The position numbers were made by a program, and so were the translations under genes. From NCBI RefSeq assembly GCF_003918875.1, contig NW_025767479.1, positions 1,736,001 through 1,800,000 on the forward strand: a stretch of 64,000 bases of DNA, in the 5' to 3' direction. This document shows, one piece after another, positions 51,730 to 63,400 of the stretch (within the stretch, counting starts at the first letter, position 1; every line of letters starts with the position of its first letter). The notes under the pieces are model-generated. The model saw only the letters and a program-made list of their open reading frames with translations. It had not been told where the DNA came from and did no database searches. The DNA comes from Haliotis rubra. Taxonomy: Eukaryota.

Positions 51730-54700
51730 ATGAGTTGGTGTGAGGGGAATAGCGTCTGGAGTCTCTGGTGGCGAATTAGTGTGTTTGCTCTGTGTTTCCT
51801 GACGCTGGTGAGATGCAGCCACGGTCAAAAAAGTAAGTGTGAGCAAGATCTTGTCAAATATTTGACAAGTTTTCTGAAAAATAAATGTGTCAGGTAAGTT
51901 TAAACCACGGTTAACCCTTGAACGGTATAACTTACCTTGCTACATTCATGTTACTAATGTTTCAATAACATCAAACAAGTCAGTTGCATACTAATCTAAA
52001 GAAATTACTATGGAACGCATGATATTAATTACAGTAATATTAACGAATTAGATCCTTAGATTCTTTGGAGCAGTTTGATATTGCTGGATCGTGTGGTTAA
52101 TCAGTGGAAAACATGTGAGAATGTATCATGATTGATTGTTTGTTGTTTTACGCCGCACTCAGCAATATTCCAGCTATATGGCGGTCGTCTGTAAATAATC
52201 GAGTCTGGACCAGACAATCCAGTGATCAACATCATGAACATCAATCTACGCAATTGGGATACGCTGACATATGCCAATCAAGTCAGCGAGCCTGACCACC
52301 CGATCCCGTTAGGCGCCTCTTACGACAATCATGCAGAAGATCATTTCTAACCCGGATCTTCACGGGTCGTAAATGTACAGTATCAATTAATTTAATTGAT
52401 AATAGAGCAGATAGTTTACATAATGTAGCGCGTGTCTTTACTTAATATGACTTGTGGCTTTACATAATGTAACGCGTGTGTTTACTTAATATGACTTGTG
52501 GCTTTACATAATGTGACACGTGTCTTTACTTAATATGACTTGTGACTTTACATAATGTAACGCGTGTCTTTACCTAATATGACTTGTGGCTTTACATAAT
52601 GTGACACGTGTCTTTACTTAATATGACTTGTGGCTTTACATAATGTGACGCATGTCTTTACTTAATATGATCTGTGGCTTTACATAATGTGACGCATGTC
52701 TTTACCTAACATAACACGTATCGTTACTCAATATAATTCAATATCCTTACTGAATATGTCTATATTTAATATGACGTGGTGCCGTTTGCTTTTCCACATT
52801 ATGACCTGTACGTAGAGTTTTCACACGGTACTTGCTGGACTATGTGATGTGTAAGGGCCAGTTGATACAGATAGAGCAGAACAGGCATAACCTTTTCGAG
52901 AGCACCTGCTGACATCACCATGTTTCAGTGACTCACTAGTAAAATTTATATCGTATTATTTGACTAAACATTGTCATTTAGAAAGTGGTCAAATATAACA
53001 TATGTTAAGTTTTGTAATACCAGTGGAAGCTGCATTGGCTGAGTGGGTTAGACGGCTGACTGTGTGTGCTGGAGATTAGGTGCCTGAGTCTGCAGGCGTG
53101 GGTTCGAATCCCGGATGGGACCCAGCCAAACAAAAGTACCAAAACCTGCACTTTACTGAGAAAGTGTAATCCCACATATAGCATGTTTTACGTTGCATCA
53201 CTTGTTTCAATTTTACCTTCTACCTTGTAGATATCAGTGTTCTTTCTTATTTGGCATCTTAAGAAATACCGTTCGTTTAATGGGCATTTAGGCTCAATTG
53301 GTAACCCTATCAAATCAACCTCAAACAACGCTTGCCTGGTCTGCCAGCTCAAATCTCACAGAGATATCACGGGATGTATTACACTGTTCAGAGCTTTTCA
53401 TAAATTTGCACCATGCTGTGGGGCCAGATCCCCTGCGATTAATATTATATTTATTTACAAAAGCACATAGATTTCTCAGTAAGATTTGTTTTATGGGGAA
53501 GTTACATCTCTTATTTGTACATTTTCGTGACCCAGACAGATGTGGAGAGCACTGTCCGTACTTCCGCCAGTGTTTCCCTACGTCACAGGTGTGCCGGCTA
53601 CTGTACAGATACTGTCAATGTGGACCTCTACCTGACGGTAAAAACTGAAATTCTACGTATACTTGTATCTGTTTATGACCCGTGAAGATCCGGGTTGGAA
53701 TTGATCTTCTGCAATTGGTCTTCATTAACCCATGCTTGTCGTAAGAGGCGACTAATGGGATCAGGGGTCAGGCTCGATGACTTGGATGACACATGTCATC
53801 GTATCCCACATGCGAAGATCGATGCTCATGATGTTGATCACTGGATTGTCTGGTCCAGACTCGATTATTTACAGACCGCCGCCATATAGCTGGAATATTG
53901 CTGAGTGCGGAGTAAAACTAAACTCACTCATTCACTGTATCTATTTATAAGTTGCTATGTAGACCTGTTTATCGTTGATGCAAGATGCTTAATGTTTAGT
54001 TATATCCCAAATGAATTTATTGTTATGTCTGATGCCAGTTGAAAAATGGAAACATATATATGATCTCCTTTACGTTAAAGACAGGAGTTTTAATTTACTT
54101 TGTAATTACAGCTGCAATTATTTTCACATAAGGACAAAGAAATCAAATTAATTTAAAAAGACCCAAAAGAAACAATAACAAAAAGATACGACGTGACATT
54201 AATCTGAAAGGAACACACGACGTGACATAATGCTGAAGTTTCGACTTTTCCTTAAATTAATTTAATGAGACGAATGTTTACTTTGTGTTTTATTAGTCAT
54301 TTGATACCTCGATTAAATACATTTTTCAGAGTATACAAAATAGTTCAACAATTACTACATGTAAGTTTGCATATAAATCATGAAACGTGTACATGAAATT
54401 ATCAATATATGTGTGCACAGAAGGCTCCAAATTAGGAATTATTATGAATTTTTTACGAGATAAATTATGTGCAACAAAATCTCTCTAATCCCGACAGTCG
54501 TCTTCCCAGTGAAATGATCTGTATTAAAAATGTTCGGATGATGAATTTTGTGTTTATGTTGTTGTTACAAACAGTAACATACTAAGCTAGTGATTTCCAG
54601 ATTAACGGGGCTACAGTGAAACTTCAATCAATACTTTGTCTCACAGTTTATTTGTACGTGCACTGAATATTGAAAGAATTTAATTTTTAGCATCTTGCGT

Positions 54701-57193
54701 GTTTTCTACGGAAGCTTAGTAGGGTCACGGTGAAAAAAAGAACAATTTGGTCTCACTATCTCTTAAGTGGACTTAATATCTCCTACGTAGGACATAATAA
54801 CACCAACGTAGGAGGTTGTACGTCCTACGTAGGACATCGTATCTCCTACGCAGGAGATAATGAGACTAAAAACATTCACCGTGGCCCTACTACGCTTCCG
54901 TAGTTTTCCATTAATGATAAAACAGTATGATCTGTACGTATTTGTTCATCGTTCATCTAATGCAGTATAACTCAGATCGTTGTGTAATAAACTTCATTAA
55001 TTTGGCTATTTGTTCTAGACTGTGGTGTGAGCCAAGTAACCGGCCCCGCCCAGAGTTACGTGGCATCCAGTCGTATTGTAGGAGGGGAGGCGTCGGCGGA
55101 TTGTCAATTCCCGTGGATGGCTGTAGTAGGAACCCGAAGCAGCCTCTGCGGTGGCAGCATCATCGACGAAACACACGTCCTCACTGCTGCCCACTGCGTC
55201 GTGTAAGTGGTGTGTATTGTGAGTGAGTGAAGTTTTACGTCGTTTTACCGATGCTACAGGCACACAAGCGATAAACTTCCCCCACTGTACTAATTCTTTT
55301 TTTTTTCGCTTTTTGGGGCGAGCAAACGCTTTGACGCAATTTCACTATAGACATGCACAATATTAAATTAAATTTAATAAAAATTAAAACGTCATAATGA
55401 AGTATATTCAGGAATTTCCAAATCGCCATGGAGGAAGAGTCCAAACGTATGAATGTCGTTTTGTTTGTTTTGCTTACTGGGATGGTTAGTTTTCTGGACA
55501 TCTGACGTACCTCTCGCTCGATGACAATGCCTCATCTCGGTTAAACTCCGTGTTTAGAAATGTAATAGTCATGTGCCTCTGTGTTTTAGAAGACGTAATG
55601 TTGTGGTCAACCCAAGACTATTAAGAATAGGAGTTGGATCTACCCGTCGGAACAGAGCTACGATGCTTCGAGTGTCTCAAGTCACGGTCCATCCTCAGTA
55701 TAGAAGCAACCGTTTCTGTAAGTAATGAGATTAAACCCCATATGTCTGCCTAATGTGGAGTTTAATAATGAGGAATATCACCCAGGAGAAAATAAGACAT
55801 TGGTACCAATGTATATATTCCTATCTATTTCAGCTGACGACGTTGCAGTCATTACACTGAGCAGGAGGTTGAGATGGTCACAGTGCGTTCGCCCTATCTG
55901 CGTCCCCAATGAAACCGACACTGCTATGGTTGGAGAAATATGTGTAGCCGCAGGTTGGGGACTTACAAATGGTAAATATTATATGTACAGATATTTAAAA
56001 ACTTCTTACGATCTCAACAACCACTGAACACATAACAACTAAAGCTTTATCCAAACGCGAACCAATCGCATTCTCGCGGTTAGTCGCTCGAGATCCCGCC
56101 GCGAATCGAATGGGAACCGAACCCGTCCAATCGCAACGAATCGAATGGGAACCGAACCCGTCCGGGTTTGATCGCAAAAAGATGCGGCTAAAGGGTACAA
56201 AAGCCGGAGTCAGTATAAGGGAAAGTGAGGTGTTAAGTCTAATGTCGTTTGAAGAATCGCTTTGATAATTCTGCCAAAATGCCTGTTAAAAGTCCTCCAT
56301 CGCTTTATTTTCTCCGTTATTTTCAGAGCAAAATTCGCGGGCAGAGAATGTTCTCCGTAGCGTCAAAGTGCCGATAGTGAGCAGTGCTAATTGCAGAAGG
56401 ATATATGGATCTCGAAGCTTTGACGCAAACAACATTTGTGCGGGCGACCTTAGATATGGAGGAAGAGACTCTTGTCGGGTACAAAATATGTTTCAATATT
56501 TAGTTGTGAATATGAAACCTTGTATTAAAATCTTTATCAATATGTAATAATGAATATGAAATTTTGTAATAAAATTTGTTTTAATATGTAACAATCAAAA
56601 TGAAACATTCTACTAAAATAGCTTCAATATTTAATTATGAATATGAAACCTTGTATTAAAAGCTTTTTCAAAATGTAATAATTAATATGAAACCTTGTAC
56701 AAAATGTGTTTCAATATGTAACTATGAATATAAAACCCTGATACATATATCGAAAAAGACTTTGAGAAAGCATGGATATGTGAGTGAGTTAAAGAGAATT
56801 TGATTTATATCATGGCTCTCTGTACCAAACTGCGCATTACACACCTCGTGGAATCAATGTAAAATAGCACACGGGGATATGAAGATGGTTCACAATTATT
56901 TTACGTTGCACCAATTCGCTTGTGAAGCAGCAATCATTCTCCATCTGAAAGATATGGGTGACGCTGAAGCGAGTGTAATAAAACATGAAACTAATTAAGT
57001 TACATAACATATATTTTGTTTTTAATGTATTCTATAGGGAGACTCTGGAGGCCCTCTGATGTGCAGTTCCGGCACCCACTGGAAAGTCATGGGCATCGTT
57101 TCTTTCGGGAGAGGGTGTGGACGGCGAAGGGCACCGGGTGTCTACGCCTTTGTGCCTCCCTATGTCTCATGGATAAATAGCGTGAGGTCCTGA
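51730..57193 (+). CDS. SP6: secreted, Arg-rich trypsin-like serine protease (S1A) with 6-Cys N-terminal module; 7 exons, intact
   Basis: Exons: 51730-51832 MSWCEGNSVWSLWWRISVFALCFLTLVRCSHGQK; 53536-53637 Cys module; 55019-55202 CG..ASSR|IVGG..TAAHC; 55590-55717; 55834-55971 DDVAVI..PICVP..GWG; 56327-56478 ..RDSCR; 57038-57193 [21 protein letters not shown]. Confidence 0.93.
52131..52368 (-). mobile_element. SINE-like family B
   Basis: Reverse complement of the consensus, (aaac)n tail. Confidence 0.88.
52414..52710. repeat. 44-bp tandem repeat
   Basis: ctttacataatgtgacacgtgtctttacttaatatgacttgtgg, about 7 copies. Confidence 0.92.
52972..53190 (+). mobile_element. Repeat family D with inverted tail fragment
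   Basis: Homologous to 14167-14365. Confidence 0.7.
53677..53935 (+). mobile_element. SINE-like family B
   Basis: Full-length copy with (ctca)n tail. Confidence 0.88.
54707..54902. mobile_element. MITE with TACGG termini and 6-bp TSD (IS3EU-like non-autonomous element)
   Basis: TIRs tacggaagc(t/g)tagtaggg(t/c)cacggtgaa; TSD GTTTTC at 54701-54706 and 54903-54908; internal tcctacgtagga palindromes. Confidence 0.8.
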
Positions 57194-57384
57194 TTGGCAG
57201 GAGTGGCATTAATCACCGTGAACGTTATGATCAGAATCACCTTCAACTTGAAAAGAAGCTTCTAAGCGGGCTGAAGTGGTATATGTGAAAAGGTCATCAT
57301 CTACATGTAAAACGACGTCGTATTTAAAACTAAAATGGCATTGTATTTGTATATTTATGTAAGGCAGAGGGTAAAGACACTAGT

Positions 57385-58170
57385 AGTTCATAGTTTAGTT
57401 GGCTTAGGACATGGAATGACATTGGTTCTCTGTTCATTAAGCAGAACAATGTAGTTACACTGGTTCCTAGTTTAGTTGGCTTAGAACATGGAATGGAATG
57501 ACATTGGTTCTTTGTTCATTAAGCAGAGCAATGTTTAGTGACACTGGTTTATAGTTTAGTTGGCATAGAACATGGAATGACATTGGTTCTCTGTTCATTA
57601 AGCAGAACAAATTTAGAGACACTGGTCCATTGCTTAGTTGGCATAGGACATGGAATGACATTGGTTCTTTGTTCATTAAGGATAACAAATGAAGTGACAC
57701 TGGTTCATAGTTTAGTTGGCATAGAACATGGAATGACATTGGTTCTCTGTTCATTAAGCAGAGCAATGTCGTGATGCTGGTTTATAGTTTAGTTGGCATA
57801 AGACATGGAATGACATTGGTTCTCTGTTCATTAAGCAGAACAAATGTAGTGACACTGGTTCATAGTTTAGTTGGCATAGAACATGGAATGACATTGGTTC
57901 TCTGTTCATTAAGCAGAGCAATGTAGTGACACTGGTTCATAGTTTAGTTGGCATAGAACATGGAATGACATTGGTTCTCTGTTCATTAAGCATAACAAAT
58001 GTAGTGACACTGGTTCATAGTTTAGTTGGCATAGAACATGGAATGGCATTGGTTCTCTCATCATTAAGGAAAACAAATGTAGTGACACTGGTCCATTGCT
58101 TAGTTGGCATAGAACATGGAATGACATTGGTTCTCTGTTCATTAAGCAGAGCAATGTAGTGACACTGGTT
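57385..58170. repeat. 77-78-bp tandem repeat (dimer of about 39-bp subunits) downstream of the SP6 stop
   Basis: gtgacactggttcatagtttagttggcatagaacatggaatgacattggttctctgttcattaagc.., about 10 copies; decayed monomers continue to about 58500. Confidence 0.92.
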
Positions 58171-58883
58171 CAAAGTTTTGTAGGCCCCGGAAATGTAACG
58201 ACAATTTATAGTTCATTGATCATAAAATGTAATGTCTATCGTTCATATTTCTCTAAGCATAGAAAATGTAGTGAAATGATTCATAGTTAATTAAGAATAT
58301 AAAATGTAAAGACACTGGTTCATAGTTAATTAAGTACTGCAAATGTAATCACACTAGCTCATATGCAATAACACCTAACCAATGTTCATGAGGCATAGCA
58401 AATTCACTGATCCAAGCACAGACAATGCAATAAGGTTCATAGGGTCATTAGGTGTAGGAAAGTAGATGACGATGGCCAATAGAGTATTAGGCATAGAAAA
58501 TCAATTTACATCTCAGTAATAGATTACTGACCTCGGAATACTGCTCGTAGTAATATCTTAAGAATGATACCACAGTTGTGTATACTTTCATAATATGTAA
58601 CTATGCATATCATTATACTTATATTATTTTCGAATAAAAGGTCTGACAAACAATTTGTTTACGTATTTGTGATTCTATTTTACACTACACTACAGCTATA
58701 GTCACAAGAGTGAGTGACACCAACGTATCATACCAACAGCAAAGTCAAACTGTCACAAACGGATCTTCATGTTTGATGACACTTATGACTAGCATGATGA
58801 GTTGGGTTGGAGAGTCTCAGGAATAGCTTGCAAGTCGTCTAAGGCGACAGAAGGTGGCTGTGCAGAGTTGTTGCCCTTACCGG

Positions 58884-59035
58884 AGAAGTCTAGTGGTTAA
58901 AGCGTCCGCTCGTAACGCTGTAGACCGGGGTTCGATTCCCCGCATGGGTACAGTGTGTGAAACCTATTTCTGGCATCCCCCGCAGTGATATTGCTGGAAT
59001 ATTGCTGAAAACGGCATAAACCTACACTCACTCAC
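58884..59035 (+). mobile_element. SINE family A (diverged)
   Basis: Matches consensus. Confidence 0.8.
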
Positions 59036-59361
59036 GCGAAAAGTGCCGAAATGTAATGATCAGTAGTTCACGTTTTCCCTTCAGTTTGATTCTAAATTTG
59101 ACAGCATTATACCTGTGCTCATGGGTTTAACCCCATAGTACCTGTCTCATACGAGTATCACGTCTTGCTTTCCACCCACATTAAGCTGGTACGATGTGAT
59201 ATGATAATAAATAATAAGGTCACTTACACAGAACCGCACTAGCATACTCTAAGCGCATACAACATATCGGCATTATTACACCAGATAACCCAAGCTGCCT
59301 GTGAGGCTGTAGAAGGTTAATGACTAATCCCACCTGATACCCAGTTTCTGCTGGGTGAACA

Positions 59362-59633
59362 GTGAGTGAGTGAGTGAGTTTAGTTTTACGCCGAACTCAG
59401 CAATATTCCAGCTATATGACAGCGGTCTGTAAATAATCGCGTCTGGACCAGACCATCCAGTGATCAACAGCATGAGCATCGATCTTCGCAATTGGGAACC
59501 GATGACATGTGTCAACCAAGTCAGCGAGCCTGACCACCCGATCTCGTCAGTCGCCTTTTACGACAAGCATAGTCGCCTTTTATGACAAGAATGGGTTGCT
59601 GAAGACCTATTCTACCCCGTATCTTCACGGGTC
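59362..59633 (-). mobile_element. SINE-like family B
   Basis: Reverse complement; head hairpin duplicated. Confidence 0.88.
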
Positions 59634-60441
59634 CTGGGTGAACAGAGGCAATTGTGAACAAACTCACTTGCTTAAGGTGAGACCACATGTGTTTTGTTGT
59701 CGGAGAGGACGGAAGTCCTACAAAACACTCAGGAGTCAAGCTGCCAAACACAAAACATTAACGGCCCTACTGTTTAAAAGGGCGCTAACAAATACACGGA
59801 CTCCCTACATTAAAATTAATGTTTATCGTTCAGTTTTAAACGTACACCTTCAAATAACATGAAGCGGTAGACACAGGTTAAGGTGTGAGTAGGGGTAGCG
59901 ACTAAAATAATTCCTGAAATAAATAGCTCAAGGCTAGGAGAACCTTTTAAACGTATACATGCATGTACTAAGATACAGATCAGTACGTTGGGGTAAAACA
60001 GAACATTACGATATTTACTTTGAAGTGAATTTGCATCATGCACATGCACACCTTTGCCAAGGTAACATCAACGCCACCAAGCCCGGCATGCACGTCACAC
60101 TCTGCACACCTCACAAGAGATTTGTAATAATGCACCTTCACAGTTTGAACCATGTTTTCACCAACATGTTTGTATTTGAAATCTGGTTTAAGCTCGATCT
60201 TCTTTACCTTACCCGCATAACCATAGCCTTTGTATGGGTTTGTAATTCACAACGATGTATAAATTAAAATGTGCAAAAAGACAAAAAGGGTGTTGTTAAT
60301 CCAATCCGTTAATTGGTGTGCCAAAGAAACATCTCTGAAATAAAGCTAAATGTTTTACACAGCTCCTCCCCAACAATACGGCTCTTTGGGACGCCTTTAG
60401 TTCAAATATTTGAATATAAAAGCCATTAGTTAAGTGTTCCA

Positions 60442-60448
60442 TATAAAA
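60442..60448 (+). promoter_or_regulatory. Candidate TATA box of SP7
   Basis: TATAAAA 45 bp upstream of the ATG at 60487. Confidence 0.5.
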
Positions 60449-60486
60449 GAGCTTAGTCATACAATTAACCTTTGAGCAAGACCATC

Positions 60487-63400
60487 ATGGTGGCACTTAG
60501 GCTGTTGACGTTAGGACTAGTTCTTGTTTCTCAGACGGTCGCCCAATTTTTCATTCCCAATTTCGGTAGGTTTCATTTGTTTATTTTCTTTAAAAACCCG
60601 TGATATTAATGACAATTGTTCCAGCTGCCATGAAGACGCAGGTCAAAAGTTCAACTTGTAATGACCATTGCCTGTTTAGTGTAGAACGCACACACCAATA
60701 TTCCAGCTACATGTAACATTATTTAATAATTGAGATATTGGTTACATCATGAGCAACGATCTACACAATTGCGAAACGATGATATTTGTCAACCTTTTCA
60801 GTGAACCTGACCACTTGATGTCGGTAGTCGCCTCATGTGACACGCAAAGACTGCTGATAATCAATTCTCATAATGAGTAGTTAATATCTGTCTGTCTGTA
60901 TGCCTGTCTATGTGAGTTTGAATGATTCAGAATCAATCAATTTGATCCAACCATCCAATGTTTATAAAAGGTGAGACTTTATGGATGTCAACTTCTTTGT
61001 TATTATGAGGAACTTTTTATTGTGAGGAACATGACGTTTCGTAAATTCAAAGACTTGTTTTCGAGCTAAATTTGTCGAAATCCATACGTTCTCCTAATAA
61101 GAACTTGATCTAATGCTGATCAAGTGATTGGATTGGGTGTTTTAGCGGGGTACATCTCGGCTAGCGTAAAAAGAAGATCATACTAGTTGTTGCAAATGTA
61201 GGGAAACCAATATGGTGCAGACAAACCGAGAATAATTTGAAGATGAGATTCGAACCCAGGAACATAGGATTACTATGTTACTCTATGACAAGGGTAGTAT
61301 TGACCCCATTTGTAAAACCATGTATATGTATCGCCCTCTGTTTCCGATCCAGTTTTTATCATCAGCGTTTTAATTCTTCCAGGCGCTTTCACCTGCGGAT
61401 GGAAATATGGTGGACAATGCAAGCGATTCTGTGACAGCAGAGACTACGTCCTAGGCCGAAAACCATGTGACGGATCTGGTACCTGCTGTGCTCGTTCTCT
61501 ACGTAAGAAATACTAACATCTTACCCATATGCAGAGTTGATCTAATTTCTCTTTAGAAAGTGGTCAAATGTAACAGATATTGTATTTGGGATCGCTATTT
61601 TTCAGTAAAGTACAGATTCTTGCGCTTTTGTTGGGTTGAGTCCCTTCCGGGATTCGAACCCCTACTCTCAGAGTCAGTCACCTAATAGCCAGCACTCAAG
61701 AATCCCAGAAGGGATTCAGCCAAAGTACTACAATCTGTGCTTTACTGAGAAAGTAGAATCTCAAATATAGCATCTGCTATTTTAATTTCTTTTAAGCCAT
61801 CAGTCCTTGTGGGTGTTCTTGATGAGAACATATACCATTCCTGATTAGATATGAGATATGATTGCCCTGAGATGAACACGAGCGTCACAAATACAATGGT
61901 AAAACTTGTTTACTGTATGTCACTTATAAGACAAAATAATCTGTTTATGTTACTATTTGATTCGTTACTATGTAAATCTGCATACTTCTCAAACATTCTT
62001 GGCTTCGGTACAAACAAAAACTGCTGTATAGTTGCCTATCTCTGATCAGATTCCAACACTAGCTGCATTATCTTACCAACAAAGATCCCCCTGATTTTAC
62101 TCAAACTACATGCATAGTGAGTGGATAGATATAGTTATACGTAGTTATTACAATACAAAAACAGCAAAGATAATACAAGAAACGATCCTACATTGCAGTC
62201 AGATAGGAACCGAACCAAATCGACACCTGTCAACTACATTTTTGCATGCCTATATTATATTCTGATGTTTTAATAACATTGCGAATTGATAAATACAAGA
62301 AACAAATTTACTGAAGGATCAATAAGATGTTTGTTCTTGTAGCCTGCTCTTCATATGGCGGAGTGTGTCGCTTGGATGGATGTGTCAGTAACTTTGAGGT
62401 GCATCTTCAGTTCAACGTTCGATGCCGGTTCGGAGGAGCGTGTTGTGTGAGGCGTTGGAAAAGGCCACTGACGCAGACCACAACGACCACAACTACTACG
62501 AGTCCCGTGCCGGCTGGTTCGTTGCTAGTTGATAATAATAATTATAATCTCCAACTAGTTTTCAACTATTTTATAAGATATACACAATGGGAGAAATATG
62601 AGCACCCTCGATCCTGAAGATCGAAGCAAACAAAGAAATTGTGTGTCATTATCAAATATCCTTATCCTTATAATTAGAATGAAGAATGAAAGCGGTATCA
62701 ACATTAAGCACCCAACTGCCATGTATCGTGTACTTCAAATATTGTTTTCTTGTTCAACGCTGGTTTCAGCTATATGACGGGGATCTGTAAGTAATCGAGT
62801 CTGGACCAGACAATCCAGTGATTAACATCATGAGCATCGTTCCACGCAATGGAGATGCGACATGTGTCAACCATGTGTCCAATTCTAACTCGGATCTTCG
62901 CGGGTTCATACTTTAAGGAAAATATCACTGCAGACGACATTTCTACGGTCATGCGTTCTCAGTATGAATTTGTTTTTGAAACTGAAGCAATATCTCTGTC
63001 TTTGCTTTTACTTAAATATTTCGTTTGCACGATATTCATACACTTTCTCTCCATGATGTCATGACGTCACAAACTTATGAACGTTGAAACAAGAATACAT
63101 CTGTTTTACTCGGAGACAGTTTAGTTTAAAATCCTAACCCTCGACATGCTAACAACAGTGATTAGATGCTCCTAGACTTTCTCTGATTCTTTATTATTCT
63201 TGAATTCGTTTAATGTGTGCGAGGCGGTGGGTTAGCCCAGTCTCGCCGAAGACCCAAGTTCGATTCCCCACATGAGTACAATGTGTGAAGCCCATTTCTG
63301 GTGTCCCCCACCGTGATATATTGCGAAAAGCGGCGTAAAGCCCAACTCACTCGCTCACTTTAATTTGTGTAATGATAATTCCCAAGGCAGAAACTCAAGA

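Noticed and set aside
53536-53637. Calling the N-terminal micro-domain a clip, ShKT or CS-alpha-beta defensin domain
   Set aside because: No terminal CC (clip), no C-x3-C-x2-C end (ShKT), and the CxxxC motif comes first rather than second (defensin); left unassigned.
56037-56198. GC-rich insert with a duplicated gaatcgaatgggaaccgaacccgtcc
   Set aside because: Probably a transposon fragment, but only one plausible terminus is visible and it cannot be classified.
57467-58290. Repetitive ORFs on both strands
   Set aside because: Translations of the 77-78-bp tandem repeat.
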